This document shows positions 1-11,619 of a DNA stretch of 53,620 nucleotides, in pieces (the stretch's first letter is position 1; every line of letters starts with the position of its first letter). Below the pieces are notes generated by a model. It was not told where the DNA came from and searched no databases. It saw nothing but the letters and a program-made list of their open reading frames with translations. The position numbers were made by a program, and so were the translations under genes. The DNA comes from Gonapodya sp. JEL0774 (Eukaryota), in assembly GCA_027604505.1 (NCBI GenBank), contig JADIIX010000148.1:1-53620 (forward strand). The letters run 5' to 3'.

Positions 1-22
1 ATCATCTTATTCTTTCTTACAG

Positions 23-2036
23 AAATCAAATAACTTCAACAGGTGGAGTGTACGATGTCACTTCAGGGCAATGGACCTCGCCACGTTCTTGGGCAACGAA
101 CACGAACTGGATCAACGACAACTTAGCTTCCATAGTCTTGCAGTAAGTTTGGAGTTGCTACCTCCCACAATACTGGCTCTTTTCATGTGGTGTTGGATTT
201 CGGATTTTAGATCTTCAAATCCTATGACATCTACCATCACCGCCGTTGCAACCACCGGTACCACTGCTTCTGCCCAGCTTGAATTTACTACCGTCTCTTC
301 AACGGATGTTTCTATTACATTTACAACTTTTGAAACGACCACGTCAGTCATGCAAAGAAGTTCCACAATTACTCAGTCTGCTGAAACATCAGGTTCGACT
401 ACTACTTCAATAAACGAACCAGTGGAGACTACGGGCAGTTCAAGCTTGTCTACTAGCTCGAATGTGTTTAATATTTCGTCTACGGCGACTACCTCTGTTT
501 TGCCATTCTATACAACATTCACTTCAGAAAGTACCACCATGACACCTCAGCAAACGTCTGTGGAAACTGCCCCACCAGAAACTTCTCAGTACTCCACCAC
601 GTTTGTCTTGTCGACAGTTCCTCTTGACACCCACACTACATCTGGGACCACTGACCACACGTCCAGCACAAAATTGATTTCCACAACCGAGCTGAGCCTC
701 ACGAGAGTGTGAGTCAGCCTTCTGTTAGACTGCACGCACCTGTTTTGATATCGATCACTTGGCTGTGTAGCTCAACGAGTGCTGCCACCACATCGAAGAC
801 GGGAATCACGTAAGCAGTGTCTGATGGTGCTTTGTGGAGCACATGGAGCTATGTTTTAATTCAAGGGATGGAAACACAACCTCCAGGACCAAATCAGTCA
901 CGCGAACGACGACAAAAACGCCCGCTTATTCCAGCACCTCCACAAAAGGGCTGCGTACGAGCTCCACTGCGCGGAAGACTTCGAGCAGGAGTACAAGCAC
1001 GACAACTTCGAAATCGAAAACTAAAAGTGCGACCACATCGGGGACGAGAACTACGACGTAAGTGCCCCGTTGGTAGAGCACCATGGCCTCCCGCACCAGT
1101 TTGCAATTTTCCCTGTCTGTAGGAGAAAATCTACATCTACTACCACTCGCACCAGCGCTAAACGAACGACTAGTGTGACGTGGGTACTAAATGTACCCAT
1201 CACGATTTGAAACGCAAATTCTACCAACCCCGCATGTTGTAGTCGAACCCGCACGAAAACTCTCACTACCACTCAGAAGAGAACTTGTGACAGCATTTAT
1301 GCCGCACACAGTCATGGTGCTCCCATGTCTGCGCAAGACTTTTTGGACTGGGAGCAATGGCGATGCTCGATCTGTAAGCTTGCCTGACCAACACCGGAAC
1401 CTCAATTGTATGCTAACACCGGTCAAACACCAGGGTTCCCTTACGGTATCGGGAAACGATCATGCGACACAATCCACGATTGCTTTATGGCAGGATCCCC
1501 GATGGTCGATGCAGATTTCAAGGACTGGAAAGCCTGGTATGCTTGGGCTTTCTTTCTCGGACCGCCATAACTGCTGACCAAACTCCGATTTGCGCGTGCT
1601 GTTATTAAGGTCTTGTCAAACGTGTAGGTTTATTTGAGCTACTTTCTCACTGTTACTTTGAACTGAATTGTTCACCTACAGGGTTCCCTGGAGGCATTGT
1701 GAAGACTTGTGATTCGATCTATTTCGCGTACAACTCCGGTGTTCTCATGACTGTCGAGGACTATCTCAACTGGGAAAGCTGGTGCGTTGCTTTGACTGTG
1801 TATCCCTTGACAGGAACATTCCGGACCTAGGAGGTATTCACCCGGTTCCTTGCTTCGGTACCCTCACACAACTACAGGAGCTGCAAAACATGTAAGTTTC
1901 TATCCGACTTTGACTTACTTCCTCTCCAGCAACTCATTCAATTAACTATTTAACAGGGTACCCTCGTGGGATCTCCTGTGGTGGCAACTGGCAGTGCCAG
2001 AGTGATCGCTGTCTCGGAGGTCGTTGCGTTGCTTGA
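23..2036 (+). CDS. 3' part of a multi-exon, probably secreted protein: Ser/Thr-rich stalk, three Trp/Cys repeats and a 4-Cys tail; 5' end lies outside the window
   Basis: Hand-spliced GT-AG exons 23-142, 211-708, 771-809, 866-1057, 1123-1179, 1243-1373, 1434-1536, 1610-1623, 1682-1781, 1878-1891 and 1957-2036 keep one open frame. C-terminus reads KRTCDSIYAAHSHGAPMSAQDFLDWEQWRCSIWFPYGIG / KRSCDTIHDCFMAGSPMVDADFKDWKAWSCQTWFPGGIV / KTCDSIYFAYNSGVLMTVEDYLNWESWSCKTWYPRGI / SCGGNWQCQSDRCLGGRCVA*. Confidence 0.85.
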
Positions 2037-2836
2037 AGAACAATAACTTTACCCTAGAGTTCGTAAATCATACTTGACTGAATGGAGATCAACAAAAATG
2101 ATGTAGTACGGTTTAAAATATGGGGATCAATACATAAGAGAGAGAGGCATTTCGCCTTCCAAGTTCACCTTGTGTGCTTGTAACCGAATGTAATTCACTC
2201 CTGGAACGCTTTCCGTGTGGTCACTCACGCTTGGAGCGAACATGGAATGTGTAATGCTTTACGTTGACTTGTTTATACCTTCTAATGGAAAGCTCAAATC
2301 CATCCGTACAGTAAAATCTCAATAATGCGTAGTTCAATATATGTTCCACTCATATGAATGAGACTACACCATAAGGAGCATTAGGATCAGGGACAGTAAA
2401 AGGAATTGAGATGCTAGTTGTCGATGATGTCCAAGTATAAATGAGTACAAAGAACAAACCGCCGACGGATCGATCACTAAATGACATAGCACAAGAGCAC
2501 ACTAGCACACTACAAGATAGAAATAAAGGAAAGTACCACGCACCACACGCTCCGCTAAAAATAGAATTGGCCACCCCAAATACCGCAAACTCCACCGCTT
2601 ACTAGCTCCCTGGCCTCCTCAACCCACCACTCTCACCACTTCCCCCCACCCCACCAACTCCCGCCTTCTACACGTGCGTCTGCCACCCCCCCACCCCCGC
2701 CCTCACCCCAACTCCTCAGCTTTCCATTTTCTCATTTGTCGTTTCTAAATAATCATGAACAGCATTCACACAACAGATTCGAAGCATGTTGTATTTGCCG
2801 TGATCTATGACACTATTACAGACATAAAATACTGAT

Positions 2837-5202
2837 TCAACGAGACAATATACCTCCAATAAAAGCGCCCACCACTGCTGGCGACAGCGCAACAAACTGA
2901 GCAAGAATTGCCACATACCATCCTTGCCTCCACAGCGCCAACCATTCGTTCATGGTTCCATCTTTGGTCTTTGCACGCACGGAGAGTGGCGTGTAATTGA
3001 CTTTCGCCTGAGCCATGACTTCCCACGCGAGGAAAAACGTGCACAAGGCGACGATGGTGGTCTCGGAGTTTTCAAAAGTGGCATCCCACAGTTCCCCAAG
3101 CGCATCCTCGTAGCTTTTATCCTCTTTCAGGTGAGGGAAGTGCCCGCGGAGAACGTTTTCAGGATCCATGGGCACGTTCGGGAGCAGTTGACAGATCCCA
3201 GACAGAGACTCCACAAGTCCCAAGTAGCCTTTGCGGCCAACGCGCTCAACTTTCACTTTCTCGGCCATTCCAAGCTCTTGGTTACGCCACTTCATGAACC
3301 CTTCCAATAGATGTTTTTGTTCGGTAAAGAGATTCCGGTTGGCGAAAAGCACATATTCAGCGTGGACCAAGAGAAGGAGAATTGAGGACGAAAGTGGGTG
3401 GTAGAAATTTAAATCTTTAGAGAGACATTGGTCTGTCTGCTTTGTTTGCATGGCGATGGCGCCCATACCTGTGTTAAATATGTGGAGTACTCAATGGTGT
3501 CCTATCTGTTCGCCATTGGAAGTGCACACGATGAGACTCACTGTTTATCTGAATCACAGTTGAGGCCAATTCGCCGAGCACAGAAGAATCTGCAACATTC
3601 GAATGTAGCACGTTACGAGATACTCATGGAGTGTTTGGAGTGCATATTTAGATGCTTCGCTCGTATTAAACGCCGATACGTACTCACAGGAACCTCCCTG
3701 ACTTTCGTAGACCAAAGTTGACGTCGAAAGCCGTGACCCTGAGACACGGTGCATCCCTTGACCTATTGGTACCACTGACCGAGTTCGGTCAACGTTGGTA
3801 GCTGTCGCTGCTGGACCAGTGGCTAATTGCTGTGTTCCGCTCTGCACTGACGCGCGTTTGTTGCTCTCCTCCTCGGTGTCCCGTGCCATGACTGCCAACT
3901 GCAGTAAGTCGTGTGGATCCTTGGCCCCAGGTATAAGTGTTGCGCCAATGTGGCCACGCTCTTCGCCGTGCTCCGCTGCGTCCGGCTTAGCTCGGTCACT
4001 TTTGTCACCCGCAACATCACTGCACTCTGTCTTTTTCTCCAGAAGTACCGCTGAGTCGTCCAATGGTGGGTTTGCTTTGCAAAACCACTCCGCCAACTTG
4101 ACAATGTCGTCCTGCGGCATGACGTAGAGGTGGTAGGTTTCGATCACAGTCTTGCGTACAGCATGCTGGAGTTCCATGAAGTGTTTCCGTAGCGCTACCA
4201 TTTCCCCTTTGTGAAAGCCTTCCGTCAAGGCAGCTCGAAGGGCGATCAAGCTCGGAAAGTAGTGTTTAGCCTGGATGGCGAACTCAGAGGTGATCTTTGG
4301 GTGCCACACAGCGCCAATCCCACCACACAGACCGGTAGGTAAAAGGTAGGCAGTGCCCTCATTATGGTCCGTCCACAAGATGACCTGGACAAAACATAGT
4401 AAGTGCTCTCTCTCATAGAAAAAGTGACCACTTACGCCAACATCGGTGCTGTACCTTGTATCTCCCTCGATAACGGTGCACAGCTTGATCGTATGGATTG
4501 TGTCCAACAGCATGAAGAGCGTACACAAGTATCCCGACAATGTTTAGAACACACAGAGTATATGTGCGCACTTGCGCAGCACCTGATATGACACCCACGC
4601 CAGCCTAAACGAGGTCGGGGAAGAGCAAAATTTCAGTGAAGTTGCGCTGACCTGTAAAACACCATTCAACATACCATGAGCATCAAACCTGCAGTAACCA
4701 CAAACCATAGCGGCTTCAAGTTGGGGAACCAGCTCTTGTAGCCGTTGTGAGGGTCGTACTTCCACAGCAGCTCCCCGGCCTTGAGCCCACGCGTGTACGT
4801 GAGAGTTGCCCAGACCAGGAATGCGATAGAATGACATATGGCAATAATTGGTGTGTAGATTAGCACGGCCATACACTGCTGCCACCCTTGAGTGCACGCG
4901 GGAGTTGTCGGATCATCTGTTGAGGAAACAGATTGGTCCACTGGTATAAACAAAGCTGCCAAGATGACGATTAAGGTCCATACAAGCAGTATGGCGATTG
5001 TTGACGCGGCGACGAGGAGATCGGTGGATTGTTGCCAGGTTCCGGTGGTGAACCCCGAATCCAGGAGGGCACGGTGGACAGTGCCGAGGAGTGTGAGCGC
5101 GCCGAGAGATGCAGCAGCGTGGAGTGTCTGCGATGTATCGAAAGAAAATTGGGTGTCGTCGGGCATGGCGATCACTGAAGGGCTGTTTACGGGGGTAATC
5201 AT
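2837..5202 (-). CDS. uncharacterised multi-exon membrane protein
   Basis: Same-strand ORFs 4666-5202, 4413-4598, 3554-4540 and 2837-3466 can be joined by GT-AG introns (e.g. donor just below 4675). Several hydrophobic helices at the N-terminus and one at the C-terminus; globular segment NPYDQAVHRYRG..VILWTDHNEGTAYLLP..GAVWHPKI. Some exon boundaries are uncertain. Confidence 0.65.
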
Positions 5203-8200
5203 GGAGCAACCGGCCGGTGAGGGAGATCCAACTGTTTTTCAACCAAGCAACGAAGCAACGCACGATGAAAGAGCACTGTGTATTTGGATGGATGAATTAT
5301 GCTGTGAATCTTGGCTGAGACAGCTTATTTGCTCAGTTGGCCGAAGTCTTCTGGGGAATCCACAGCGAGCCACAGCAGGCGAGGCTGACCTTTGGCTGGC
5401 CGCCTAAACGACGACCACCGTGACAGTCACAAGCGATGTCGGAAACCTATCCGAATGGTTGAATGTAAGAATCCAAGTAATCTTCTTGTGCTCCAGTCGG
5501 ACGGTCGGGTCTTCATCTTCCTGGCTCTGCTAGGATAAGGGATAATTAGCGATTCATGCCCGTTGAAGATGAAATAGAAGGTGTGCGTGGGTGGGGCTTT
5601 AGGGGTGGTGGTGCGTGGGACTTCTTTGGCCGAGCGGGCTTCTTTGCCTGAGTGCCGCCTCAGAGATTTCACAGCAAATATATGAGTTCGCAGCAAGTGG
5701 ATGTATTGTGGGCAAGGGCACGTGTTCTTTGCGCAGAACAGCTGGCTGTGCACAATACATCCGATTGGGTTAATTTACGAATCTCATTTATAAGGTACTC
5801 ACATTGTTCTAATTCACTGTCTGTTCCTCCCCACCCCCCGCATCTATCCCATCCCTCATACACTCTTCTCGCCAACAACAACGGAAGCCACCACTCCCGT
5901 TTGTGCCTCTCACGTATCCTTCCTCGCGTCCGGCTGCCCGTTCTCGTTGCCTTTCGACGCCACTTCACCTTGTATGTTGGCCATCCTACATATCGGACCC
6001 GAAGGCAGAGTCCGTTACTCGGTATACTCGCCCTGAGCTAGTCCTTGCATGCCACTGCACCCTGTCGTGACGGCTTCTTGACGCTCCAAATCAGGGATGA
6101 ATTGCACTGGTAACTTTCTTCCACGTGATGTATGCTTTCTCGCTATAACTGTACATGTAGAACGTATTCAGTAACATTTGAGGTGTCTATGGCCGCCGAC
6201 CGAGACTCTGTGAGTTCTTGAGACAGTGACGGTAAAAGAGGTCCCGTTGAAAAGGTTTTCATTGGCTCATGTGCATGCAAGTGGCCGAAACACCACACAT
6301 CTCGGGGAGACCCTTATGCACGACACGGTCTACGCGTGCACTGCAGCTACTCTCCACTCCGTGTATGTGACAGTTTTCCTAGAAATAGAAACGTGTACAA
6401 ATCCGAAACAAGCCGCAGAACTTGGAGACTTGGACTTGGGGCTGAGGTCCCTTCCGACTGAAAACACCCGCCGAGAGACTCCCCGGGTCCGGCGGACGAT
6501 TCAACCCTGCGACCGATGAGTTCCGACCGCGGGGGCAACCCACTCCGACCGAGCACCCCCATCCGTAAGAATCCCACGACCCCACGACGACGAGGATACT
6601 CGGCCCTGCGAATGCCGAGTGCTGCTGCTGCTGATTCTGCTGAGCGAGTGGTCGAGGAATGCGCGAGGTGGGCGTGTTCCTGCCAAGTGCACTCAACATG
6701 TGCCTCGGGTCATCGCCCGCCACCTGACCGTCTCAATTCGGCAACGGCACCGCCTGTATATATAAGTTCACTGCCACGCTCAGCGGCGATTCGCGCTGGA
6801 CAGGTTCGTTGGGAAATATTCGGTTTGAAATAGTTGATTATAAAATTCCACTGCGTGTCTTGCCTGGTGCACGGACACCGAACAAAGAAGTGCCAAATTT
6901 GAAAATGTAGACAACCAGTTCGGCAGTTCTGTTGCTTCAGAGCGTGATTTGGTGTGGTGAAACGGCAACCTCCAAGACTTCCGAGGTTGCTGCCAAAAAT
7001 GAAAGACATCAAGATTTGATTGAGAGAGCAAATAATATTTTTGGAGAGCCTCCAAAGTTGTGGAACTGAGTAAGTGTTCCTCACTGCCAGCTTGCCTGCT
7101 GTTGAAGGGGAGATGCCGTGAGTGACCATCCAAATGTGACAAGCGAGGAGAGGGTGAGGACGGACAAGGAGGGAAAAGGACGCCTGAGAAACGGAATGGG
7201 AGAGGCCACTGTTCATGGGTGGGTAACGCAGAAAGGATGGTGTGTTGTCAGGGTAGTGGGACGGTTTCCGTCAGTGTGCGACGGTAAAGGTGTTCACGGA
7301 ACGGAGTGGGGCATCCAGGGTACTAAGAGCAAAGAGTGTCCGACACATGCAGCTCCAGGTTTACATCAAGATGCGTTTGGACAAGGCGATGACCCCGCAG
7401 ACTAGACGTGGCGGGAAATCGGTCGATTGGCGACAGCCTCCGCTTCCCATCATCACACTCTTCCAAGTCCATCTTCCCATCTTACCCAATTGTCGAAGCT
7501 CCTTCCGCTCGAGCTATTCCGAGTTCGACTTCTCCCCTGCACACGAGACAACCGTCTCGCACTCCAGTCCCAGTTTCCCACCATTGGAGCAAACGCCACT
7601 CGTTACCATGCACGACACTGAGCCCCAGCGATGCCTGCTTTCTCTTCAATCACCTTCTCATCCCCGAACGCACCTGCGCAGCGGGAAGCCTCCACCGCAC
7701 TGTGTTCCTGTTCGCGTCTCTGACACTGGAACTCGCTCCAAACACGATGGCGAGTCCGAGGAAGAAGGTGTGAAGAGAGGCGGGAGGAGCGTCAAATTTT
7801 TGGGTGAGTGGGCGTCGGAGGGAACAGGTACGAGACGGAGGGGGGGAGGTGTTAGAACGGACTAGAATGGGAGAACAACGGGGTACAAATAAACCTGGTC
7901 AAACTAGAATGAGAACGGAAAAAGCGTAAACGAAGACGGAAATGAGTGGACGGGTCATTGCCGTGGCTGCCAGTGTGAGTCTCCGAGGCCCCGAGGGACA
8001 ATCTCACGGCGAGTGACACAAGATTGCTGCTGATGTTCCACCAAACTTGGTTCCACGCAAGACTGAAGGACACAATGCCCGTACACTGCTCAATTTCCAA
8101 TAGGTGCGCTTGCCCTACATATTGCCAAGGACACAAGTGGGATTGTTGTCTCCCACCAATATGTACCAGTACCACATCAGAGAGTTTGTGAGGATACGTC

Positions 8201-8653
8201 TTACATATTTCCACTGATCTCGACCTTCTGAATATTGTTAGAAGACCTTTCCGAGAGGAACAGTCTTTCAATCTGAATTTATTGGTACCATGTATGTAGC
8301 TACAACCCAGTGCCAAGACAAGGTTCAGGCACCCGGTGAGCTCAGAATCGTAGATTGCTTATTCGTTTTATGCTATTGTCAATTTTAGAATGAATCCGCC
8401 GTCTTTATATCCGCCACGACACCAGCCTCCGAACCCTTCCGCCGCCAATTTCAAAAACTGTGCACATGAAATCCCCTTCAGATTGGTCTGGCTTATGTCG
8501 TTTCACGATGTGCTGTGTTGGCAGTGTTCAAATGTGAACCATAACTGAGCCAACCGGCAATATTGATCTCGAGGATCTGGCGTTACCTTGAAAATCCCGC
8601 CGTGGCCTCAGAAGATGGCCAGTCGTAATCAATGTCTGTTTGAGGATGGCAAG

Positions 8654-11075
8654 ATGGCTCGCTCTGCATCTCTGCTAATCGGCACCGTGGCAGCAGTTCT
8701 CGCTGTCACCGTTCCTCGGCATGTGTGGGCCCAATCACTGGCCGATGACTGTGCGTTCATCGAGAAGATGTTCACACAATCAGGTGTTACCATTCCTTGG
8801 ACTGTCGGACAATGTTGTGACTATAGTGGAGATCTCAATGCCATCCAGTGTTTTCTGGGACGCGTGGTCTCCATAGCCTTCCTGTCCGTTGGACTGAGTG
8901 GCTCCATCCCCGATCCGCGAGGATTGACATCCTTGAGGGTGCTTGACTTGTCGAGCAATTCATTGACGGGAACTCTACCTGACTTTTCCGGATTGAGCTC
9001 ACTTTCGACCCTTGAACTTCACAATAACGACATCACGGGCAACATTGACGGCAAGATTCCCTCCAACGTAAATCTATGCGTTCTCGTTTTCGATGGGGGC
9101 AGCACGGACAATCCAAATATGTACAGTTGTGCTGGAAACATTCCCGGCAGCTGCGCCAACGTGAAGAGGGGAGGAGCGGATTGTGGAGGTGGCGCTCCTG
9201 CCCCTCCTCCTCCCCCTGCCCCTGCCCCAGCACCTCCTCCCCCAGCACCCCCTGCACCTGTCCCAGCACCCCCTGCACCTGTGTCTGCGACACCGCCTGC
9301 GCCTGTGCCAGCGCCTGCTGTAACTGGCGGTTCTGTTTCCAGTACATCTACTGCACTCAGATCTTCATCCGGTATTCTAATCTCATCTATTGGCACAATC
9401 TCCGTTAAGCAAGGAGCTTCAGATAGCTTCATAAGTACATCATCAACTAAATCGCCGAGCACGCAATTAACCACGGGATTGGATTCTACGATGTCTACCA
9501 GAAGTATGCCTGGTACAGTTACTGTAACAATGTCCAACCTTTTGAGGAGTACCGCCACCGACACCGATGTTAGTTCACCTGCCAATCCAACTCAATCAGA
9601 GCCTGGGTCTGGATTTCCAGTTCCAGCCGTGGTTGGCACGGTTGTAGGTGCAGTCGTAGTGGTGATGGTGGCACTCGTGTCTTTTATTAGGTATGCGTCC
9701 TTCCTCCTTTCAGAACTGTCCTCGTGAGCATTTTTCAGATTTCCCGAATTTTGCAACATGACAATCAAGCTGGAAAAAGTACAACGCAACACCGGCTCAG
9801 CCACAAAAGGAGGGATCGATCAATCATTTCAACGGTGAGCTCTCCTTTTCGGATCTTGTGCAGATTATCCCGGCTCCCTGATGTGTAAACCCTCTCACTA
9901 CTTATGCCATTCAGCATGGTCGGCAAATTATCCGTCACATGTTCCTCCAGGGAACACTCTGTATGGTCCGCCGACGCCTCAAAGATACGCTCCAATTAGC
10001 TTTAACGGTTCCCAGTCTTTCCCGGTATACCCGTCGTACCCTGTCGGAGATCGCCCAGCTGGCCCTGTATACCCGTCACAGCGTGCCGGAGATCCCCCAG
10101 CAGAAACTCCAAGCAGGAGTGTGTCAGCGAGCGCAACGATCAGCAGTTCAGGCGTCACTGCTCAGAGAAGCACCGTGAGTTCACTGTTTGAACCGTGTGA
10201 TGAACTGCGGCGAGTTTCGCAGTCTTGTGTGGTTCCCAAGATTCTGATCGCGTTCACGTCACTGTGTGTATTTGTTACTTGATTCAGCCTCACGTGAGCC
10301 ATCTATTGCCTAGTTACTAAAAACCGCCGACTTACATCAATTGGTCTGTGTATGCGATCGGTAACTCAGTGGTTTTTCAGCTTCGTATCAAGCTCTCAAG
10401 GCCTCTCCAGCAGCTCGAGTGTGGACTATCCAGGAACTGAAACGCTTGCTGTAATGACCGACGTGGGTTCTACGTCCGTTCTTGGAGTTACATTTGAAAC
10501 CTGAACGAGCATGGGTACTTCCTCGAAGTTTACGCCGAGCAATGAAGATGAAATGCAAGTGCAAATCGGGGAGTACGTTCGAATCCGGACTTTGTTTGCG
10601 GACGGTGGGTCTTCTTACTTTGGAACGATAGCGAACGGTGACTTCAGATCACACTCCTCACTAAAACAATGTCGAACAATGAAACTAGGGTGGGCCATAG
10701 TCGAAAGACCGTCCACTAGGGAGTACGGCATGCTTCCCCTGTGAGTGCGTGGCTGCAATGACGGCCAAAAGTAAGATATTGAAAACCTACCTTCTTCTCG
10801 GAAACAGTGATTGTCTAGATATTCCCCGACCCACAATTGAAGGGTCATTCAAACGTCAAATCCAGAGCCGAAGGACGGAGTCCGCATCTCCTTTCGCTAT
10901 TGATGCTCTCCTCTCAGCACGGCAAGGTAATGGGACAATCATTCCCACCAACGTCGTAAGAAGTGACCATGTGAGCATAGCAAAGCCTCTACTTTTAAAC
11001 TCCACGGTAAAACTGTGTACTTTGAATGACCCATGTGGTTCTTCAGGTGCAGTCACTGCAGGCTTGGAGTCGTGA
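8654..11075 (+). CDS. receptor-like protein: signal peptide, plant-type LRRs, Pro/Ser/Thr stalk, single TM, cytoplasmic SH3 domain
   Basis: Signal-like MARSASLLIGTVAAVLAVTVPRHVWA; LRRs LSGSIPDPRGLTSLRVLDLSSNSLTGTLPDFSGLSSLSTLELHNNDITGNI flanked by Cys caps; poly-Pro; TM VVGTVVGAVVVVMVALVSFI. Downstream exons splice to an SH3-like KFTPSNEDEMQVQIGEYVRIRTLFADGWAIVERPSTREYGMLPLDCL (about 10525-10820). Middle exons are approximate. Confidence 0.8.
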
Positions 11076-11619
11076 TGTCCGAGGTCCTCCGCCTTCAGCG
11101 CCTGCCCCACTCAACTCTCGTACCGATTTTTACTCTGCAGCAGAAACACTTCCCACAGTACCTCGTTGATTTTATGTGATTATTTTATCCTAGACTCACA
11201 GCACCCTGGAATTACCGGACGCGATGTTACTTCGTGACTCATTGTTTTTATAGAACCGCAGCTGCACCCCGACACGTCATCGTACCCAGCTACAGATCGT
11301 TGTATCCGACCATAGTTGGGACAGTATTTCAATGTTAACAAATGTACTGTACTTCGTTTTGATGATCAACACAAAACGAAAACTATAAATAAACTTCACA
11401 GATGCGATCCACGTAGATCAACTACGCAACGCGCGTACAAGCGGCACATGTACTACTGTGCATGTTTCTCCGAAGGGCTATACCAGACGCCCGGTCCAGA
11501 CCGTTCTAGATACCACTCTCCTGGCTGCACGACTCGTACCAGACGAACCAATTGCACTGTGAACCATCTCAACCACCAACGCCATCTCTTCATGGACTTA
11601 ATCCACATTCTGTCAGCAA

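Noticed and set aside
2600..2715. C-rich tract (G-rich on the minus strand)
   Set aside because: No periodic unit; similar C-runs occur in several introns of this window.
5400..8500. Many short overlapping ORFs
   Set aside because: No recognisable domain or consistent exon chain; possibly decayed gene fragments, but unsupported.
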